Shown here: positions 1-13,613 of the stretch, piece after piece
How positions within the stretch are numbered: position 1 is the stretch's first letter
Layout: every line of letters begins with the position of its first letter
Assembly (NCBI GenBank): GCA_028826165.1
Contig: JAPDFW010000125.1
Coordinates: 558,001-622,000 of the forward strand
Length of the DNA: 64,000 bases
Source of the DNA: Anaeramoeba ignava BMAN
Taxonomy: Eukaryota; Protista; Anaeramoebae
Direction: 5' to 3'
Notes under the pieces: generated by a model
Databases searched by the model: none
Told to the model about the DNA's origin: nothing
What the model saw: only the letters and a program-made list of their open reading frames with translations
Made by a program: the position numbers and the translations under genes

Positions 1-518
1 GCTTTCATTGCAAAGAAAGCACCAGGTAAAGCAACGATGAAAGCAATAATTGAGAAAGCAGTAGAAGCTGAATAAGACCAATGGAAATCAGAGTTTGCAT
101 CATGCATATCCTTCAACATTGTATGGTAATCACTGTTTTGGAATTTACCAACAAAAGCCATAATTCCAATGAAGACGAATATTCCACCAGTAACAAAAAC
201 TAAATGAGTAATCCCTGATTTCTTGAATAATAAGAAAAGAGCAGCAACAAGAATTATAAGTGCAATCAAGGTCATTGCAATATTAGCACACAATCCATTG
301 TAAACATCTTTATCTTGATCTTTCCAATCATCTAAAGTATACTTCCAGTCATCATTGCTTGGGCAATCTGAACCACTGCAAACCATTTGAAAGTTTCCAA
401 ATGAATATTTGGCTGAGACTCCACTTGTGTAGGATCCAACTAAATAAGGCATAACCCATGAAAGGAAACTTAACACTCCACAGGCAAGTAATGAAAGTAA
501 TGCAAGAAATCGAAACAT
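1..518 (-). CDS. Claudin/amastin-like four-TM membrane protein, copy 1 (last few codons run off the window edge)
   Basis: Not in the ORF track. ATG at 518; near-identical to 1993..2520 (MFRFLALLSLLACG...CSGSDCP...WSYSASTAFSIIAF). Confidence 0.75.
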   Translation of the reverse strand, partial: MFRFLALLSLLACGVLSFLSWVMPYLVGSYTSGVSAKYSFGNFQMVCSGSDCPSNDDWKYTLDDWKDQDKDVYNGLCANIAMTLIALIILVAALFLLFKKSGITHLVFVTGGIFVFIGIMAFVGKFQNSDYHTMLKDMHDANSDFHWSYSASTAFSIIAFIVALPGAFFAMK

Positions 519-1992
519 TTTCCTAATAAATCAAAATAAAAAAATAAAAAAATGAAGATCAAAAAACAAAAATTTAATTTGTTTTTAAACTTATTTAGAA
601 GGCAAAAAATTTTTTTTGTAATTGTTTTTTTAATTAATTTAATTTAAAATTTGTTTATTTTATTTAATTAATTTGTTTTATTAGTGGAGTTTTCGAGAAT
701 TAATTTTTTTTATAATTTCGAAAAGAATTTTTTTTTTGATCAATTTTTTTTGAATAAAGACAACCTTTTCTAATAATTTGGAATTTGGAATTAGGAATTT
801 GGAATTAGAAATTATTTTTAAATATGTATTTTTTAATTTATTTGTTATTATTTAAAAATTGCTTTTAAATATTTTTTCATCCTATCAAAAATTTCTTTTT
901 TAAGAAATTAATTAATCTTTTTAAAATAATCTCTTTTGATCTTTTTAAATTTGTTTTTATTTTATGAAATAATTGTGGAAAAAAAAATGACTAAATAATC
1001 ATTAAATAAGGAAATTGATTTAAAAGAAAAAATTTTTCGAAAAATATTTTGAATAAATTATTCTCAAAAGAATAAAAAAGAATAAAAAGCCACAAATACC
1101 ATTAATTTTTTTTTTCCCTCAATTTTTTTTAATCCATTTTTCATTTTTTTAAATAATTTCTTGTAATTAATTCTTTAATATTTATTAATATTTTCCCTTT
1201 TTTTTTATAGGAAATTAAATTTAATTTTTTCAAATGGAAAAATTTGTTTTGATTTATTAATTGATCTCAATTAATATTTGCTTATTCATCACTTTCTTTT
1301 AATAATTTTTAAAGAGAAAAAGATTTAGAAAGATTTTTTAAAAAGAAATTTAAACAAAACATTTCGAATTTATATAATAGAAAAGGTTTGATATTTATTT
1401 AATTTATTAAACAAAAACAACAACAAAAACAACAACAAAAAAAACAAAAATAATTAATCAAATTTATTTATCTTTTATTTATAATTTATAAACAAAAACA
1501 ACAAAAAAAGCAAAAACAAAAAAAAGAGGAAGAAAAAAAATTATTTTCTTTCTTTCTTCCAATTTTTTTTAATTAATTAATAATTTAATCAAATTTATTT
1601 ATCTTTAATTTATTTATCTTTTATTTATTTATTTATAAACAAAAAGAAAAAAAAAAAAAAAAATAAATTTAAAAACAAAAAAAAAGGAAGTAATAACAAA
1701 CATTATAAATCCAATTAAAGTTAATTAAATATTAATAGTTAATCCAATTCAAATACCTTTTTTTTTTCTTTTTAAAAAAAACAAATATGATCAAAAAAAA
1801 AATAAATAAATTTAGAAAGTAAATATAAATAGAAATATAAATAGAAATAGAAATAGAAATAGAAATAGAAATGTGGAAAAACCTTTTATTGAAAAAGGTT
1901 GAAAAAATTGATAAAAAAAAAGAAAAGAAATTGATAAAAAAAAAAGAATGAAAAAAGAAAAAAAGAAAAAGAAAGCAAAAAAAAAATAACGC

Positions 1993-2520
1993 TTAATCAT
2001 CTTTAGCTTTCATTGCAAAGAAAGCACCAGGTAAAGCAACGATGAAAGCAATAATTGAGAAAGCAGTAGAAGCTGAATAAGACCAATGAAAATCAGAGCT
2101 TAGGTCATGTAGTGCTTTCAATCCATCATGAGTATCACTGTTTTGGAATTTACCAACAAAAGCCATAATTGCAATGAAGACGAATATTCCACCAGTAACA
2201 AAAACTAAATGAGTAATCCCTGATTTCTTGAATAATAAGAAAAGAGCAGCAACAAAAATGATAAGTGCAATCAAGGTCATTGCAATATTAGCACACAATC
2301 CATTGTAAACATCTTTATCAGCATCTTTCCAATCACTTAAATCATTTCCGTCATAATTATTTGGGCAATCTGAACCACTGCAAACTGATTGAAAGTTTCC
2401 AAATGAATATTTGGCTGAGACTCCACTTGTATACCATCCAACTAAATAAGGCATAACCCATGAAAGGAAACTTAACACTCCACAGGCAAGTAATGAAAGT
2501 AATGCAAGAAATCGAAACAT
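1993..2520 (-). CDS. Claudin/amastin-like four-TM membrane protein, copy 2
   Basis: 175 aa with four hydrophobic segments, a Cys pair in the first loop and W-S-Y before the last TM. Family assignment is by topology only. Confidence 0.75.
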   Translation of the reverse strand: MFRFLALLSLLACGVLSFLSWVMPYLVGWYTSGVSAKYSFGNFQSVCSGSDCPNNYDGNDLSDWKDADKDVYNGLCANIAMTLIALIIFVAALFLLFKKSGITHLVFVTGGIFVFIAIMAFVGKFQNSDTHDGLKALHDLSSDFHWSYSASTAFSIIAFIVALPGAFFAMKAKDD

Positions 2521-3029
2521 TTTCCTAATAAATCAAAATAAAAAAATAAAAAAATGAAGATCAAAAAACAAAAATTTAATTTGTTTTTAAACTTATTTAG
2601 AAGGCAAAAAATTTTTTTTGTAATTGTTTTTTTAATTAATTTAATTTAAAATTTGTTTATTTTATTTGTTTAGAAAGTAATCCGTTATTCTTATTTAATA
2701 AATTTTAATTTAATTCTTGTTTAATTATAATTTAATTTAATTCGTATTAACGATCTTTTAATTTATTTTAATTTAAATTTTAATTTCAAAACAACAATTT
2801 CCTTTACAAATTAAAAAAGTGAAGTGTAAAAAAAAAAAGGAAACTTAATTAAATTTAATAATAAAAAAGAAATTTAATTAAATTATTCGACAGGTCAATT
2901 AAATTAATAAGAAAATTAATAAGAAAATTAATAAGAAAAAAAATTTTTTTGTTTGTTTATTTTAATTTATTTTTTGACAGTTTATTTAAATAAGCAAGAA
3001 TTTATTTTTCAATTTAAATCCTTTTCTTT

Positions 3030-5790
3030 TTAAAATATAAATTAAAATGTAAATTAAAATAGAAATTAAAATATAAATCAAAATATAAATCAAAATATAA
3101 ATTAAAATATAAATAAAAATATAAATTAAAATATAAATTAAAATATAAATCAAAATATAAATTAAAATAGAAATTAAAAATATAAATCAAAATATAAACT
3201 AAAATATAAATAAAAATATAAATTAAAATATAAATCAAAATGTAAATCAAAATATAAATTAAAATATAAATTAAAATATAAATCAAAATGTAAATTAAAA
3301 TGGAAATCAAAATGGAAATTAAAATATAAATCAAAATATAAATCAAAATATAAATCAAAATGGAAATTAAAATATAAATAAAAATATAAATTAAAATATA
3401 AATCAAAATATAAATTAAAATGGAAATTAAAATGGAAATTAAAATATAAATTAAAATATAAATTAAAATATAAATCAAAATATAAATCAAAATATAAATT
3501 AAAATATAAATCAAAATGGAAATTAAAATATAAATTAAAATATAAACCAAAATATAAACCAAAATATAAACCAAAATATAAACCAAAATATAAACCAAAA
3601 TATAAACCAAAATATAAATTAAAATGGAAATCAAAATGGAAATCAAAATGGAAATCAAAATGGAAATCAAAATGGAAATCAAAATGGAAATCAAAATGGA
3701 AATCAAAATAGAAATTAAAATGGAAATTAAAATGGAAATTAAAATGGAAATCAAAATGGAAATTAAAATGGAAATTAAAATGGAAATTAAAATATAAATT
3801 AAAATATAAATCAAAATATAAATTAAAATGGAAATCAAAATATAAATTAAAATATAAATCAAAATATAAATTAAAATGGAAATTAAAATATAAATCAAAA
3901 TATAAATCAAAATATAAATTAAAATATAAATCAAAATATAAATTAAAATGTAAATTAAAAATATAAATTAAAAATATAAATCAAAAAATATAAATCAAAA
4001 TATAAATCAAAATATAAATTAAAATGTAAATTAAAAATATAAATTAAAAATATAAATTAAAATAGAAATCAAAATGGAAATTAAAATGTAAATTCAAAAT
4101 ATAAATCAAAATATAAATTAAAATATAAATCAAAATATAAATTAAAATATAAATCAAAATATAAATCAAAATATAAATTAAAATATAAATCAAAATATAA
4201 ATTAAAATATAAATTAAAATGTAAATTAAAATATAAATCAAAATATAAATTAAAATGGAAATCAAAATGGAAATCAAAATGGAAATCAAAATGGAAATCA
4301 AAATATAAATCAAAATATAAATCAAAATGTAAATTAAAATATAAATTAAAATGTAAATTAAAATATAAATCAAAATGGAAATCAAAATGGAAATCAAAAT
4401 ATAAATTAAAATGGAAATTAAAATGGAAATTAAAATGGAAATTAAAATGGAAATTAAAATGGAAATCAAAATATAAATCAAAATGGAAATCAAAATGGAA
4501 ATCAAAATGGAAATCAAAATGGAAATTAAAATGGAAATTAAAATGGAAATTAAAATATAAATCAAAATATAAATTAAAATATAAATTAAAATGGAAATTA
4601 AAATATAAATTAAAATGGAAATTAAAATATAAATCAAAATATAAATCAAAATGTAAATCAAAATATAAACCAAAATATAAATTAAAATGGAAATTAAAAT
4701 ATAAATTAAAATATAAATCAAAATGTAAATTAAAATATAAATTAAAATATAAATTAAAATATAAATCAAAATATAAATTAAAATATAAATTAAAATGTAA
4801 ATTAAAATATAAATTAAAATAGAAATCAAAATATAAATCAAAATATAAATCAAAATATAAATCAAAATATAAATTAAAATATAAATCAAAATGGAAATCA
4901 AAATGGAAATCAGAATGGAAATCAAAATATAAATCAAAATGGAAATCAAGATGGAAATTAAAATGGAAATTAAAATGGAAATCAAAATATAAATCAAAAT
5001 GGAAATCAAAATGGAAATCAAAATCAAAATCAAATTCAAAATCAAAATGGAAATCAAATTCAAAATCAAAATCAAATTCAAATTCAAAATCAAAATCAAA
5101 ATCAAAATCAAAATCAAAATCAAAAATCCAAAATATAAATCAAAATATAAATCAAAATATAAATCAAAATGGAAATTAAAATGAAAATCAAAATATAAAT
5201 TAAAATATAAATCAAAATAGAAATTAAAATATAAATCAAAATGTAAATCAAAATATAAATCAAAATGTAAATTAAAATATAAATTAAAATATAAATTAAA
5301 ATATAAATTAAAATATAAATTAAAATATAAATCAAAATATAAATTAAAATATAAATTAAAATATAAATCAAAATATAAATCAAAATATAAATTAAAATAT
5401 AAATCAAAATAGAAATTAAAATATAAATCAAAATATAAATTAAAATATAAATTAAAATGGAAATCAAAATATAAATCAAAATATAAATTAAAATATAAAT
5501 CAAAATGGAAATTAAAATATAAATCAAAATGGAAATCAAAATGGAAATCAAAATATAAATCAAAATGAAAATCAAAATGAAAATCAAAATATAAATTAAA
5601 ATGGAAATCAAAATATAAATTAAAATGGAAATCAAAATGGAAATCAAAATGGAAATTAAAATAGAAATTAAAATATAAATCAAAATATAAATCAAAATGG
5701 AAATCAAAATATAAATTAAAATCAAATTCAAAATCAAAATCAAAATCAAAATCAAAATCAAAAATCAGAAATAAAATTAAAATCAAAATC
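3030..5790. repeat. 12-bp satellite AAAT(ATA/GGA/GTA/AGA)AAT(T/C)A, about 2.7 kb
   Basis: Directly visible tandem array; source of the spurious ILIY/FDLY ORFs. Confidence 0.95.
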
Positions 5791-5861
5791 AGAAATAAAA
5801 TTAAAATAAAATTAAAAATGGATTTTTATTTTTTTATTTTTTTCTTTTTTATTTTTTAATA

Positions 5862-8800
5862 ATGCAAAAAAATAAATTTAAAAAAAACAAAATAACCACC
5901 AAAACAAAGGGTTCAATTAAAAACCAACTTAAAAATCGATTTTTATATGGATTTGTAAATTATGCCAAAATTAAAATTAAAATTGAAATTAAAATTTAAA
6001 ATTAAAATCATTTATAAAATTAAAATTGAAATTAAAATTAAAATTGAAATTAAAATTTAAATTGAAATTTAAAATTAAAATCATTTATAAAATTAAAATT
6101 GAAATTAAAATTAAAATTTAAATTTAAAAAAAAAGAAAAACTGTATTATAAATCAAAATACCTCAACTAAAATAACGGAAAAAAAGAAAATTCAACACAG
6201 AAAACCATTGACAAAAGAGGCATATTCAATTACAGTACCAGAAGGCATGGTTATTCGAGAATTTTCACATTCAGTTGTTGAAGAAATAATTGGGAATGTT
6301 CTTCATAATTTCGATCCAAAAAAACCAAAAGCAAAAAAAAAGAGAATTTTGACAAAACCAATCCAAAATCCAAAACCAAGAAAATTCACTCCGCATCTTC
6401 TTCATCTTTCGATTGTGGACACAAACTCATTCAATCTTCTGCGAAAACACTCGCAATTCACGCGCAAAAACGCGCAAAAAAACAAGCAAATCCCCGAATT
6501 ACAAAAAGCAATTGATCACAAAATTTATTTAACACCCAAAGAGCTCTCCAAAATCATCATCCAAACAACAATACAGAGAGCGCTTACTCGATGGAAAAAC
6601 AACTACCTATCCTCGCTTTTAGTTTCCGTTAATGTTCAACCAGATTTCTCGACTCAGGAATATTCAATTTGCCGCTCAATTGTTCTTGACTTGATTGAAT
6701 CGTCCATTTCAATTGCATCTGCAAAACACAGCCTAAAAACCCCAATCTCTCCAGTAAATCGAGCCCGTCTTGCGAGTTCATCAAATTCTGTGAAATACAC
6801 CCAAACTCTCCAGTTTCAGTTATTTAAAACCCGAAACCCTGTGTTTTCTGTCCCCATTTATCGCGATCTTTTGGTTCTTCTTCCCGAAAATCAAAATAAT
6901 AAGCACAAACAAAAAAAAACCGTCACTTTTTCAAACCAAACAGAAAAACCCCGAAAAACCGTTTTTTTACCTTCAAATTTTTCAGTTGGAAACAAAAGAC
7001 AATCCCCCCAAAAAAAACTGTCAAAAAAAAACATCCCCAAATTCAACCAAACAGAATTTCTTTGCTATCCTTCGCATATTGTGCAGTTGCTTTCAGCCTC
7101 GCCAACAGCTACTTCGATCAGCGAGGACGATCTGAAAAAAGTTCTTTTAGACAGAAAAAACCCTCAAAAAAAGCAAATTAGGGAAAGTAGACTGTCAAGA
7201 AAATCCCCACGATTTTCTTCCCTGAAAAAGAAAGCGATCTTACGGTTCTCGACACCAACAAAGCACACTTCGAGAACCATAACCCAATTCCCGTCTGATA
7301 TACTGGAGAGAAGTCTTTCCGAAAACTACATTTTGCCTGCTCGAGAAAGAAAGGCACTCATTTGGCATGTTAATAGCAACGGATATCAATCTCAAAAACA
7401 AGGGAAATACCAACGAATTTCTGAAAAAAAATCTGTGGAAATTTCAACAGAAGAGTTTGTGCTTCTGAAAATTTTGTCTCCAAAAATCCCGTCTTTTCAG
7501 TCCAATTTATACAGAAGATTTACTGATTCAAAACCAAAAGCAAAATCCAATAACAAAAATCAAAATCAAAATCAAAATCAAAATCAAAATCAAAATATAA
7601 ATTCAAATCAAAATATAAATCAAAATCAAAATATAAATTCAAAACACAAAATACAATTCGCCACTTTGTCTAAGCTTCTGGCGTTCGTTTCATCCACAAA
7701 ATACGCTACACACAAACTTCTTTTTGCATTTTTTCTGAATCACAAACGACTCACAACATCTTCAAATGTTTTGGAAAATTTGACAACAAGATTTTTCAAT
7801 ATTTGCCCACTTTTTTTAACAAATTCACAAAAAAAGCTCTGGAAAGAACACAAATTACCAGAAATACAGAAAGGAATTATAAATGCGATTAGTTTTTGGA
7901 TCGAATTTTTCCCAAATCACTTCCGAGACGACCATCAACTGATTATACAGACAGAGCAATTCATTTTGGATTCCAAAAATACACTGGTTGATTCTAATCT
8001 TGAAGTTTTCAGAAAACTGTCAAATCTATTCAAAAAGCAAATCAAAAACGATAAAAATCAAAATTTCATGCGAAAACGGGATTCAGTGTACAATCTTGCG
8101 ATTGCCAATTACTTGACAAAAGAATTGAACGAGAGTTTCAATTCAACAACAAACTCGGAAATTTTTTACTTTTCGGAAATTGAACCACTTCGATTTGCGC
8201 AGCAATTGACACTCCGCGATTGCGAACTTTTTCGGCGAATTGAGATTGATGAATTACTCGAGATCAGATGGAGCAAAGGAACAGAAGAAGAAAAACAACA
8301 AAAATCACCCAATTTACTCAAATTCATCCGGCATTTCAATCAGATTGCGTCTCAGATCTCTTCCGAAATTATGTATCCAGAAGATCCGCCAGCGCGCGCC
8401 AAGTTGATCGAACATTTTATCCGAGTCCTGGTTCACTTGTTCGATCTCAATAACATAAACAGCGTTTTTTTGATTCTTGCCAGTTTCCAAATAACGGCAA
8501 TTCACCGTTTGAGAAAAACTTGGAATCTTGTTTCAGACAGTTCAATCAACAATTTGGAATCCATATGTCAAAAGGCGTCAAAAGAACACAACAATAAAGC
8601 AATTCGTTTGATCGTTAAATCTGCTATTGAGAGAAATCTTCCTTGTATTCCCTATCTTGGTTTGTTTCTTTCTGATCTTACTTTTATTGAAACTGGACTT
8701 CCTGATTTTTCTCAAAACGGTTTGGTTAATTTTGCTAAATGGACAAGAATTTCAAAAACAATTTCTCAAATACAAAATTTACAAATGATGGAATATTATT

Positions 8801-8919
8801 TTTTGGTTGATTCTACGATCCAAAAAGTTTTGAAAATTTCTTCTAATGTTTCAATTCCTTTGGATCTTCTTTATAAACGTTCTTTACAACTTGAACCAAA
8901 AGAAAAGAATCAATTTTGA
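5862..8919 (+). CDS. Ras guanine-nucleotide exchange factor (REM + CDC25 domains); exons 5862-5954 and 6136-8919
   Basis: AQQLTLRD, PCIPYLGLFLSDLTFIETG and GLVNFAK motifs. The track start is TTG; a phase-0 intron GTAAAT..AAAG (5955-6135) joins an upstream ATG exon in frame. Confidence 0.9.
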
Positions 8920-9795
8920 AAAGAGAAAAAAGAATTAATTTTGAAAAGAAAAAAGAATCAATTTTGAAAAGAGAAAAAGAATAAATTTTGAAAAGAAAAA
9001 AAGAATAAATTTTGGAAAGAGAAAAGAATAAATTTTGAAAAGAAAAAAGAATTAATTTTGAAAAGAAAAAAGAATTAATTTTGAAAAGAAAAGAGAATCA
9101 ATTTTGAAAAGAGAAAAGAATAAATTTTGGAAAGAAAAAAGAATAAATTGGATTGGGAATAGTTTTTATTAATTTTGAAAAGAAAAAAGAATAAATTTTG
9201 AAAAGAAAAAAGAATTAATTTTGAAAAGAAAAAAGAATCAATTTTGAAAAGAAAAAAAGAATCAATTTGGATTGGGAATAGTTTTTATTAATTTTGAAAG
9301 GAGAAAAGAATAAATTTTGAAAAGAAAAAAGAATAAATTTTGAAAAGAGAAAAAGAATTAATTTTGAAAAGAAAAAAAGAATCAATTTGGATTGGGAATA
9401 GTTTTTATTAATTTTGAAAAGAAAAAAGAATAAATTTTGAAAAGAAAAAAGAATAAATTTTGAAAAGAGAAAAAGAATTAATTTTGAAAAGAAAAAAAGA
9501 ATCAATTTGGATTGGGAATAGTTTTTATTAATTTTGAAAAAAAAAAAGAATTAATTTTGAAAAGAAAAAAGAATTAATTTTGAAAAGAGAAAAGAATAAA
9601 TTTTGAAAAGGAAAAAAGAATTAATTTTGAAAAGAAAAAAAGAATAAATTTTGAAAAGAGAAAAGAATAAATTTTGAAAAGAAAAAAGAATAAATTTTGG
9701 AAAGAGAAAAGAATAAATTTTGAAAAGAAAAAAGAATAAATTGGATTGGGAATAGTTTTTATTAATTTTGAAAAGAAAAAAAAATAAATTGGATT
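8897..9795. repeat. About 20-bp satellite (AAAAGAATAAATTTTGAAAAG) with a higher-order unit of about 120 bp
   Basis: Tandem array; anchor TTGGATTGGGAATAGTTTTTATT at about 9148, 9267, 9387, 9507 and 9741. Confidence 0.9.
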
Positions 9796-9944
9796 TTTTT
9801 TTTTGGAAAACTTGAACAAATTAATTTTTGTTTTTTGTTTTTTGAAAAGAAAAAGAAAAAAAGAAAAAAAAGAAAGAAAGAAAAGAAAATTCAATTTGAA
9901 TTTCAAAAGAATGATAATTTGTGAAAGAATAAAAGAGAGTTGGA

Positions 9945-11058
9945 CTACATTGGTGAATATCTTCCAATCATTTTACCGCAAGCACTGCATTTATGTTCTG
10001 CATCTTGAACTAAAATAAAAAAAAACAAAATTAAAACAAAATTAAAAAATTGATTAAAAAAAAAACCGAAAATTTTTTTTTTGCTTTTTTTTATTTTATT
10101 TTACATGTATCAACACAGAAAGGAATTAAACAGCATCCAAGCCAACAACCAAGAAGGCAAAGAATAATACAAAGCATCCAAGCGAGACCTCCAGCAACAT
10201 GTTCTACTTTAGTCATTCCTGTGTGACCACAATGAGGACAAGTAACTTTTGTAGGACTTTTTTTTCAATAATTTTTTATTTTAATTTTAATTTTGGTTTT
10301 AATTTTATTATTAATTTTAATTTTAATTTTAATTATTATTTTTTATTTTAATTTTAATTTTATTTTTTAATTTTAATTATTAATTTTAATTTATTGTTTT
10401 ATTTTAATTTTAATTTTAATTTTAATTTTAATTTTAATTTTAATTTTAATTTTAATTTTAATTTTGTTTTTTAATTTTATTTATTTTTAATTTTAATTTT
10501 AATTTTAATTTTAATTTTAATTTTTATTATTAATTTTAATTTTATTTTTAATTTTAATTTTAATTTTAATTTTAATTTTAATTTTTTATTTTAATTATTA
10601 ATTTTAATTTTAATTTTAATTTAATTTTAATTTTAATTTTATTTATTAAATTTATTTTTATTTTTAATTTTAATTTTAATTTTAATTTTATTTATTAAAT
10701 TTATTTTTATTTTTAATTTATTTTATTAAAAAAGGGAAAAATAAAAAAAAAAGTAAGAAAAAAAAAAAGATAAAACTTACAGCATTCCAAGAGCTTTTGG
10801 GTTAATTGCCTGAACAATTGTTGTCTGTTGCACAGGCTGCATCATTGGCATTGGGCTTGGTTGTTGCATCATCATTGGTTGTTGAATCATTGGTGGTTGG
10901 TAACCTTGTTGGAAATTCGGTTGGAAATTTGGATCCATGCTTTGCATTTGCATTTCTCCTTGTGGATGTGGTAAATTTACTACTGGAAAGTTTTGTGGTT
11001 CTTGAAATGGTGGTCCTTGTTGATTGGGATTCTCTTGATATTGATATGGATATGCCAT
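9945..11058 (-). CDS. LITAF-domain protein; exons 11058-10781, 10256-10105, 10009-9945
   Basis: Pro/Gln-rich N-terminus, then spliced PTKVTCPHCG...GCWLGCCLIPFCVDTFQDAEHKCSACGKMIG (CxxC, hydrophobic stretch, HxCxxC). Intron phases are consistent. Confidence 0.92.
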
Positions 11059-11299
11059 CTTTGTTTTGTTTTGTTTTGTGTTTTTAATAAAATAAAAAAA
11101 AAATAATAAAAAATAAAAAGAAAAAAATGAAAAAAAAAATTAAAAAATTTTTGTTTTTTTTGTTTTTTTTGATCAATTAATTTTTTTTTAATCTTTTTTT
11201 TATTTTTTTTTTGTTTTGTCTGTTAAAACCCCTTCAAAAACCATTTTTACCTCAAAAATCCAAATTTAAAATTAAAAATCCAAATCAATCCAAATTTAA

Positions 11300-13520
11300 T
11301 TCAATTCAAATTCAATTCAAATCTATTTCAAATCAATATTTAAATCTATTCCAAATCAATTTCTAAATCAATTTCCAAATCAATTTTTAAATCAATATTT
11401 AAATCAATAATTAAATCAATATTCAAATCAATATTTAAATCAATATTTAAATCAATTTTTAAATCAATATTTAAATCAATTTTTAAATCAATATTTAAAT
11501 CAATATTTAAATCAATTTTTAAATCAATTTCTAAATCAATTTTTAAATCAATTTCCAAATCAATATTTAAATCAATTTCTAAATCAATATTTAAATCAAT
11601 TTCCAAATCAATATTTAAATCAATTTTTAAATAAATTTTTAAATCAATTTTTAAATCAATATTTAAATCAATATTTAAATCAATATTTAAATCAATTTTT
11701 AAATCAATATTTAAATCAATATTTAAATCAATATTTAAATCAATATTTAAATCAATATTTAAATCAATTTCCAAATCAATTTCCAAATCAATTTCCAAAT
11801 CAATATTTAAATCCAAATTTAAATCAATATTTAAATCAATTTTTAAATCAATTTTTAAATCAATATTTAAATCAAATATTTAAATCAATATTTAAATCAA
11901 TATTTAAATCAATTTTTAAATCAATTTTTAAATCAATATTTAAATCAATTTTTAAATCAATATTTAAATCAATATTTAAATCAATATTTATATCAATATT
12001 TATATCAATATTTAAATCAATTTTTAAATCAATTTTTAAATCAATTTTTAAATCAAATTTTTAAATCAATATTTAAATTAAAATTAAAATCAAATATTTA
12101 AATCAATATTTAAATCAAATATTTAAATCAATATTTAAATCAATATTTAAATCAATTTTAAATCAATTTTTAAATCAATTTTTAAATCAATATTTAAATC
12201 AATATTTAAATCAATATTTAAATCAATATTTAAATCAAATTTTTAAATCAATATTTAAATCAATTTTTAAATCAATATTTAAATCAATATTTAAATCAAT
12301 TTTTAAATCAAAATTAAAATTAAAATTAAAATTAAAATTAAAATTAAAATCAAAATTAAAATCAATTTTTAAATCAATATTTAAATCAATATTTAAATCA
12401 ATATTTAAATCAATATTTAAATCAATATTTAAATCAATTTTTAAATCAATATTTAAATCAATATTTAAATCAATATTTTAAATCAATTTTTAAATCAATT
12501 TTTAAATCAATTTTTAAATCAATATTTAAATCAATATTTAAATCAATATTTAAATCAATATTTAAATCAATATTTAAATCAATATTTAAATCAATATTTA
12601 AATCAATATTTAAATCAATATTTAAATCAATTTTTAAATCAATTTTTAAATCAATTTTTAAATTAATTTTTAAATCAATTTCCAAATCAATTTTTAAATC
12701 AATATTTAAATCAATATTTAAATCAATATTTAAATCAATATTTAAATCAATTTTTAAATCAATTTTTAAATCAATATTTAAATCAATATTTAAATCAATA
12801 TTTAAATCAATATTTAAATCAATATTTAAATCAATATTTAAATCAATATTTAAATCAATATTTAAATAAATATTTAAATAAATATTTAAATCAATATTTA
12901 AATCAATATTAAAATCAATATTTAAATCAATATTTAAATCAATTTTTAAATCAATTTTTAAATTAATTTTTAAATCAATTTTTAAATCAATATTTAAATC
13001 AATATTTAAATCAATTTTTAAATCAATATTAAAATCAATATTTAAATCAATATTAAAATAAATATTTAAATCAATTTTTAAATCAATATTTAAATAAATA
13101 TTTAAATCAATTTTTAAATCAATTTCTAAATTAATTTTTAAATCAATATTTAAATCAATATTTAAATCAATATTTAAATCAATATTTAAATCAATTTTTA
13201 AATTAATATTTAAATCAATATTTAAATCAATATTAAAATCAAAATTTAAATCAATTTTTAAATCAATTTTTAAATCAATATTTAAATCAATTTTTAAATC
13301 AATATTTAAATCAATTTTTAAATCAATATTTAAATCAATATTTAAATCAATATTTAAATCAATATTTAAATCAATATTTAAATCAATTTTTAAATCAATA
13401 TTTAAATCAATATTTAAATCAATATTTAAATCAATTTTTAAATCAATTTTTAAATAAATATTTAAATCAAATTTTAAATCAATTTTTAAATCAATATTTA
13501 AATCAATTTCCAAATCAATA
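11300..13520. repeat. 12-bp satellite TTTAAATCAAT(A/T), about 2.2 kb
   Basis: Tandem array; source of the spurious IDLN ORFs. Confidence 0.95.
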
Positions 13521-13589
13521 TTAAAATCAAAATCAAAATCAAAATCAAAATTCAAAATTAAAATCAAAATTAAAAATTCCAAAAAATAT

Positions 13590-13613
13590 TTTTTCATTTT
13601 TTTTCTTTTCAAA
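13590..13613 (+). promoter_or_regulatory. Inr-like TTTTCATTTT motif just upstream of the ATG (representative; recurs before most genes)
   Basis: TTTTCATTTTTTT(T)CTTT precedes all seven RCC1-BTB genes; a strand-matched TCATTT also precedes several unrelated genes. Confidence 0.55.

Noticed and set aside
3014-5786. Long ORFs of ILIY/FDLY repeats (likewise 11346-13627, 37749-38303, 46516-47076, 54671-55161, 62947-63353)
   Set aside because: Translations of satellites whose period is a multiple of 3; many have non-ATG starts and several lie inside introns.
9148-9770. CRISPR-like regularly spaced repeat
   Set aside because: The spacers are copies of the same 20-mer rather than unique sequences; no cas genes; eukaryotic context.
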